From: an uncultured Calothrix sp.
Lineage (GTDB): Bacteria > Cyanobacteriota > Cyanobacteriia > Cyanobacteriales > Nostocaceae
Length of the DNA stretch: 21,434 nucleotides
NCBI GenBank assembly: GCA_964242965.1
Contig: CAXTCQ010000137.1
Span: forward strand, 1 to 21,434
Direction: 5' to 3'
Positions 16,834 through 21,434 of the stretch are shown piece after piece (position 1 is the stretch's first letter; each line of letters begins with the position of its first letter). The notes beneath the pieces are model-generated. The model saw nothing but the letters and a program-made list of their open reading frames with translations, was not told the DNA's origin and made no database searches. The translations under genes were made by a program, and so were the position numbers.

Positions 16834-18468
16834 ATGAATGCAACTTGGCAAGACATAACCCAAGTAATGGGATTTGGTTTTTGGATAAGAACCAGGGATT
16901 TTTTAGCACAAACGTCACCTAGCTTGGTTGTTAATCAATCGGTTGATTACGTCCAAACGACACTGAATCAGATTGTGAGCTTCCTACCTAACATACTAGG
17001 TGCAGTTTTAATTCTGCTGGTTGGCTGGTTGATTGCAGCAATTGCATCTGCGATTGTGCGAGGTCTTTTAAATCGCACAAGGATTGATAACCGTATTGCC
17101 GCAAGTCTCACAGGTGGTAGAGATATTCCTCAAATTGAGGGAATTATCGCCAATATAGTATTTTGGGTGATTCTACTCCTAACAGTAGTTGCGGTACTCA
17201 ATCAACTCAATTTGCAGGGAGCTTCACAACCGCTTAACAGTTTCCTCAACCGAATTGGTCTATTTTTACCAAGCCTGCTTGGTGCTGCTGTTTGGCTGGG
17301 TGTTGCTTGGGCAGTAGCGACACTAGTCAAACTGATTACAGTGCGCGGACTTGATGCATTACATATTGATGAACGGTTAAATCCACCGACTCAAGATGCC
17401 ACAAGTCTGAACCGAGTGTCGCTATCGGAGACGATTGGGACTGCATTGTACTGGTTTATCTTCCTGCTGTTTTTAGTTCCGGTTCTCGATACCTTGGGAC
17501 TGCAACAAGCATTGACACCCGTACAAGCACTGATTACTCAAATTTTATTAGTTCTGCCGAATATTCTGGGTGCAACGTTGATTGCAGTAGTTGGCTGGTT
17601 TGTCGCAAATATCGTGCGACGACTTGTTACCAATTTGCTGGCAACAACAGGTGTAGACCATATGGGTAGCAGATTTGGTTTGAGTTCTGCTTCGGGAACG
17701 CAATCGCTGTCGAGCATTATTGGTACGTTAGTATACGTGCTGATTTTGATTCCAGTGGCAATTTCGGCGTTGACTACATTGCAAATTCAGGCTATTTCCG
17801 TGCCTGCGATCGCAATGCTGCAACAGGTACTCAATGCTGTTCCGCTCATCTTTACTGCTGCGGCAATTCTAATTGTTTCTTACTTCTTGGCACGGTTTGT
17901 TGCTGATTTGGTAACAAGCATCCTCACAAGTATTGGTTTTAACAATATATTCAGCATCATCGGTCTGCCTTCACTGTCGCGTCCTGCTGAATTTACAAGC
18001 ACTACAGCATCGCGTTTGCCATCGCGTACTCCCTCGGAAATCGTGGGATTTATTGTTTTAGTTGGTATCATGTTATTCGCCACTGTTGCAGCGGTGAATG
18101 TCTTGAATATTCCGGCTTTGACGTTATTGGTAACTGGTGTTCTAGTTATTCTCGGACGGATTTTAGCCGGATTAGTAATTTTTGGAATCGGTTTGTTTTT
18201 TGCAAATCTAGCATTTAGCATTATCACTAGTTCGGGTAATGCTCAAGCGCGGATTCTAGGTCAAGTGGCAAGAGTATCGATTATTACCTTAGTGTCAGCA
18301 ATGGCACTTCAACAAATTGGTGTTGCTCCCGATATTGTTAATCTTGCCTTTGGATTACTGTTGGGTGCTCTAGCAGTCGCAATTGCCCTAGCTTTTGGTT
18401 TAGGTGGACGCGATATTGCCCGCAACCAAGTTCAAATATGGCTAGACTCGTTTAAAAGTAGAACTTAA
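16834..18468 (+). CDS. Polytopic membrane protein built from about five tandem 'conserved TM helix' units (MscS-family N-terminal-type repeats)
   Basis: 544 aa. Repeated units include 'LPNILGAVLILLVGWLIAAIASAIVRGLL', 'LPSLLGAAVWLGVAWAVATLVKLITVRGL' and 'LPNILGATLIAVVGWFVANIVRRLVTNLL'. Confidence 0.65.
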   Translation: MNATWQDITQVMGFGFWIRTRDFLAQTSPSLVVNQSVDYVQTTLNQIVSFLPNILGAVLILLVGWLIAAIASAIVRGLLNRTRIDNRIAASLTGGRDIPQIEGIIANIVFWVILLLTVVAVLNQLNLQGASQPLNSFLNRIGLFLPSLLGAAVWLGVAWAVATLVKLITVRGLDALHIDERLNPPTQDATSLNRVSLSETIGTALYWFIFLLFLVPVLDTLGLQQALTPVQALITQILLVLPNILGATLIAVVGWFVANIVRRLVTNLLATTGVDHMGSRFGLSSASGTQSLSSIIGTLVYVLILIPVAISALTTLQIQAISVPAIAMLQQVLNAVPLIFTAAAILIVSYFLARFVADLVTSILTSIGFNNIFSIIGLPSLSRPAEFTSTTASRLPSRTPSEIVGFIVLVGIMLFATVAAVNVLNIPALTLLVTGVLVILGRILAGLVIFGIGLFFANLAFSIITSSGNAQARILGQVARVSIITLVSAMALQQIGVAPDIVNLAFGLLLGALAVAIALAFGLGGRDIARNQVQIWLDSFKSRT

Positions 18469-18487
18469 TGATTTAGTTAGCCCATTT

Positions 18488-18539
18488 AGAGACGCGAAAT
18501 TTCGCGTCTCTGATTTCGCGTCTCTGATTTCGCGTCTCA
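18488..18539. terminator. Perfect 24-bp palindrome AGAGACGCGAAA/TTTCGCGTCTCT followed by two more direct copies of the 14-nt right arm (GATTTCGCGTCTCT), between convergent genes; candidate bidirectional terminator
   Basis: Read directly: 'agagacgcgaaatttcgcgtctctgatttcgcgtctctgatttcgcgtctc'. The last copy abuts the stop codon of the GTPase gene. Confidence 0.5.
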
Positions 18540-18541
18540 AG

Positions 18542-20008
18542 TTACTTATAGCGTTTGATTTTAACTTTTTGCTGCAACTCATCTTTAATGCGACTCAATA
18601 TTGAAGTCTCATCTAGGGTTGCCAAAATCTTATTAATCACTGCTTTCGGACCATCAGTACCCCAAGTCGCACCATTTGCTAAATAAGTCTTTGTCACATT
18701 TCCAATGGCATATGTTGAAACACCCGCTACACCTGCTTGGGTAATTGCCACAGTCGCGTATGCTCCCAGCGACAAACCACCTGTAGCAGGTACGCTCATA
18801 CCGAGTAAAGCTTTTAACGAACTCAAACCTAAATTTGCGAGTAATTCGCTAACACTGATACCGCCCATACCCAGAGCGATTTTTTGTAGCAATTTCACAG
18901 CGCCAGCTTCAGACATCGGGATACCGTAGAGCTTCGATAAACCAATAATTAGCACGATGTCAATTGCAGCACCGCTGAGAATATCAATTACTGTAATGGG
19001 ATTGAGTGCGATCGCAACGGCTTTAGTCATTGTCGCCCGCCAGATTAATTGATTTGCCGCAATTTCGCGGATTGCTAATTTACGCTCGATTAATTGTTCG
19101 TTAACGGTATCCGCATAAATCATTGTATTCAGAGCGACTAAAGCTTTACCTTCGCGGTTGAGAATCTCTAGTATTTTCAACTTTAAATCTTCGACTTGAG
19201 CATTTCCGGTACGCAACTGCACCCGTCTTGTACCATCGGCACTTTGGATGAGCGATCGCACTACCGGGGAAGCAGCCGACATGACAATTTCCTCTGGGGA
19301 AAGTAATTCGCGCACCCGTTCGTCGCGGATTTTGTGGTAAACTGCCATGCGGTCAGCTTCAGGATATTGGTCAACTTTATTAAATACCAATAAAATCGGT
19401 TTTCCCCCATCGCGCAATTGCGAAAGCGCATCGTGTTCCAATTTTGTCATGTCACCAGAAATCACAAACAAGATTAAATCGGCTTGTTTAGCAATTTGCT
19501 GCGCTAACACTGCACGAGTTTCCCCATCAACTTCATCCAACCCAGGTGTATCGATTAATTCGACCTGCGACTTGCCGATACCCGGAAGCGTCACCCGTAA
19601 CGCTCGTTCGTTTGTACCAAAAGTTTCTTCGCTAATACTCCAATTTACACTTTGCGCTGAACGAGTCACACCATGCAAAGGTCCCGTTTCAAACACCGTT
19701 TGTCCAACCAACGCATTTAATAACGACGACTTCCCGCGTCCTACCATTCCAAAAGCTGCAATTTGTACCACCATGCGGTCAAGTTTCGACAGCATAGTTT
19801 CCAAGGAGGTGATTTCGGTTTCGAGTCCCTGCTGTTCTTGAGGTGTTAAATCTATTGCGACTAAATTTCGTAGTGCAGTTTGTGCTTGACGGTAGTTGAG
19901 TTCGGTTTGAATTTCGTCAAAGCTGAAAATCGCGCTATCCATTTCTTCTTCCCATACTTGGGAAGTTGGGTTTATTTGGTTCGAGTCTGGGGGTAGCGTT
20001 GAATTCAT
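18542..20008 (-). CDS. GTP-binding protein: HSR1/Era-like G domain with a YcjF/DUF697-like hydrophobic C-terminal domain
   Basis: G1 'GRGKSSLLNAL', G3 'DTPGLDE' and G4 'NKVD' are present. The C-terminus 'AIALNPITVIDILSGAAIDIVLIIGLSKLYG' is DUF697-like. The longest ORF reaches 20098 with a TTG start. An ATG at 20008 (MNSTLPPD...), preceded by AT-rich DNA, is the more plausible start. Confidence 0.75.
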   Translation of the reverse strand: MNSTLPPDSNQINPTSQVWEEEMDSAIFSFDEIQTELNYRQAQTALRNLVAIDLTPQEQQGLETEITSLETMLSKLDRMVVQIAAFGMVGRGKSSLLNALVGQTVFETGPLHGVTRSAQSVNWSISEETFGTNERALRVTLPGIGKSQVELIDTPGLDEVDGETRAVLAQQIAKQADLILFVISGDMTKLEHDALSQLRDGGKPILLVFNKVDQYPEADRMAVYHKIRDERVRELLSPEEIVMSAASPVVRSLIQSADGTRRVQLRTGNAQVEDLKLKILEILNREGKALVALNTMIYADTVNEQLIERKLAIREIAANQLIWRATMTKAVAIALNPITVIDILSGAAIDIVLIIGLSKLYGIPMSEAGAVKLLQKIALGMGGISVSELLANLGLSSLKALLGMSVPATGGLSLGAYATVAITQAGVAGVSTYAIGNVTKTYLANGATWGTDGPKAVINKILATLDETSILSRIKDELQQKVKIKRYK

Positions 20009-20619
20009 AGCGATTTTTGATTTAGGATTTTTTATATAGATACTTTTACAATGGTAATAATTTTTTTGCAGCGTAAGTTTATCAGCAACCCCAAACAACC
20101 GACAATTTTCGTGTGCGAGCTAATCGATGCGGAATATCAAATGACCGCATTTAGGGGTAATAACTTGATTGTGTCCCCTATCTTTCCCCAGCTAAACTTG
20201 ACCGCACAACAGGTTTTTGACTCGGTTATTTAAAGTGTAATCAAGGCGTGAATTTCTTGAAACCATTGAATTATCTACCATAAAGTCGGACGCTCAGTTA
20301 ATTTATTCAGTTTATTTTTAATAGATGCTTTTTCTGTTTTTCCAATGAAGTTTTTATGATTTTCTTTCGTATTATCATAATTAGATTTACAACTTTTCAT
20401 GGATTTCATCGGGCTTTGCTCCACACCGATTAATAAATCCTAGCCTCAAGGTAATAATATGGTTATAGTTACAAATCTTAGGCATGATGGAAATTCAAGA
20501 TTTGAAAGCATTGATTAAATCAAGTATACGCGAGCTTCTGCAATTAGATATTAAAAAGTTAAAAGGCGTATCGCTGTGTCGCGTAATGGTTTAAAGTAAA
20601 AGATGCATTTAGTATTGTA

Positions 20620-21366
20620 TTGACATTGACAAAAGCGCCTGTGCGAAAAATAGTTATTGCCGGTAACTGGAAAATGTTCAAAACTCAGGCGGAATCCCAA
20701 GAGTTTTTAAAAGGATTTCTGCCTGCGTTAGAGGAAACCCCCTCTGGACGCGAAGTAATATTGTGCGTCCCTTTCACCGATTTAAACGTATTGTCGAGCA
20801 ATCTGCATGGCAGTCGCGTCCAGCTAGGAGCGCAAAATGTCCATTGGGAGAAGGATGGAGCCTATACGGGTGAAATCTCAGCATCAATGTTGACAGAAAT
20901 CGGAGTGCGTTTTGTTGTTGTCGGTCATAGCGAACGGCGACAATACTTTGGTGAAACTGATGAAACTGTGAATTTACGCCTAAAAGCTGCTCAAAAACAC
21001 GGTTTAATCCCAATTTTATGCGTCGGTGAAACCAAGCAGCAACGCGATGCTGGGGAAGCAGAAAAACTGATTTCCATGCAGCTTCATAAGGACTTGGTAG
21101 ATGTTGACCAAAATAATTTAATCGTTGCTTACGAACCAATTTGGGCAATTGGGACTGGTGACACCTGCGAAGCCAAAGAAGCAAATCGCATCATCGGGTT
21201 AATTCGTTCGCAATTAGACAACCCTAATGTTCCGATTCAATATGGTGGTTCGGTAAAACCAAATAATATTGATGAAATTATGGCACAGCCAGAAATTGAT
21301 GGGGCTTTAGTGGGAGGTGCAAGTCTTGACCCTGATAGTTTTACTCGAATTGTCAATTATCAGTGA
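20620..21366 (+). CDS. tpiA: Triosephosphate isomerase
   Basis: 'IAGNWKM', 'VGHSERR', 'ILCVGE' and '[11 protein letters not shown]' are TIM signatures. The ORF as given starts at a TTG. A GTG at 20641 would give the canonical N-terminus (M)[11 protein letters not shown]. Confidence 0.9.
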   Translation: MTLTKAPVRKIVIAGNWKMFKTQAESQEFLKGFLPALEETPSGREVILCVPFTDLNVLSSNLHGSRVQLGAQNVHWEKDGAYTGEISASMLTEIGVRFVVVGHSERRQYFGETDETVNLRLKAAQKHGLIPILCVGETKQQRDAGEAEKLISMQLHKDLVDVDQNNLIVAYEPIWAIGTGDTCEAKEANRIIGLIRSQLDNPNVPIQYGGSVKPNNIDEIMAQPEIDGALVGGASLDPDSFTRIVNYQ

Positions 21367-21434
21367 GAGTTAGGAGTTAGGAGTTAGGAGTTAGGAGTTA
21401 GGAGTTAGGAGTTAGGAGTTAGGAGTTAGGAGTT
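21367..21434. repeat. (GGAGTTA)n STRR heptamer tandem array (more than 9 copies) immediately after the tpiA stop, running off the window edge
   Basis: Read directly: 'gagttaggagttaggagttagg...'. Confidence 0.75.

Noticed and set aside
20051-20233. 60-aa + ORF in the GTPase/tpiA intergenic region
   Set aside because: It starts inside the probable 5' region of the GTPase gene and has no RBS or motif. It is less convincing than the 36-codon frame at 20484, which is itself only weakly supported.

Overview
This 21.4-kb window looks like chromosomal DNA from a filamentous heterocystous (Nostocales-type) cyanobacterium. The evidence is the AT-rich intergenic DNA, heptameric STRR-like tandem repeats (GGGGAAA, GGGAGTA, GGAGTTA/TAACTCC, GTGGTCA) at almost every 3' gene junction, a plastid-specific ribosomal protein PSRP-3 (ycf65), and an atpD-atpC (ATP synthase beta-epsilon) pair separate from other atp genes. 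Housekeeping genes in reading order: a HAD hydrolase (-), ycf65 (+), atpC and atpD (-), a transglutaminase-like SirB1/YchA-family protein (+), an SRPBCC protein (-), a multi-repeat membrane protein (+), a G-domain protein with a YcjF/DUF697-like C-terminus (-), and tpiA (+). The accessory-looking core spans 2.1-12.4 kb. It holds a Ser/Thr-kinase-WD40 protein whose catalytic motifs are degenerate, which makes it a candidate pseudokinase. Next comes a 707-aa flotillin/SPFH protein. Divergent from that is a five-gene partner-switching cassette: two paralogous small GHKL (anti-sigma-factor-type) serine kinases, one 114-aa STAS-like phosphoacceptor carrying an 'LDFLNSSGI' motif, and two paralogous membrane-anchored HAMP-PP2C phosphatases with unrelated sensor domains. 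No sigma factor, diguanylate cyclase or other output gene is visible. This resembles the SiaABC / slr1658-slr1659 family, but the duplicated arrangement lacking any visible output gene is unusual. Other notable items: the window begins inside a tandem array of ~100-bp repeats, each with a perfect 12-bp hairpin and an embedded conserved Cys-rich micro-ORF; a perfect 16/16-bp inverted repeat lies 20 nt upstream of the kinase-WD40 start and has a degenerate copy upstream of the flotillin gene; a related GTAGGGGC-type GC hairpin sits in the atpD upstream region; and the STRR arrays at junctions are arranged as inverted arms that would form long RNA hairpins. No rRNA, tRNA, CRISPR array or transposase was seen.
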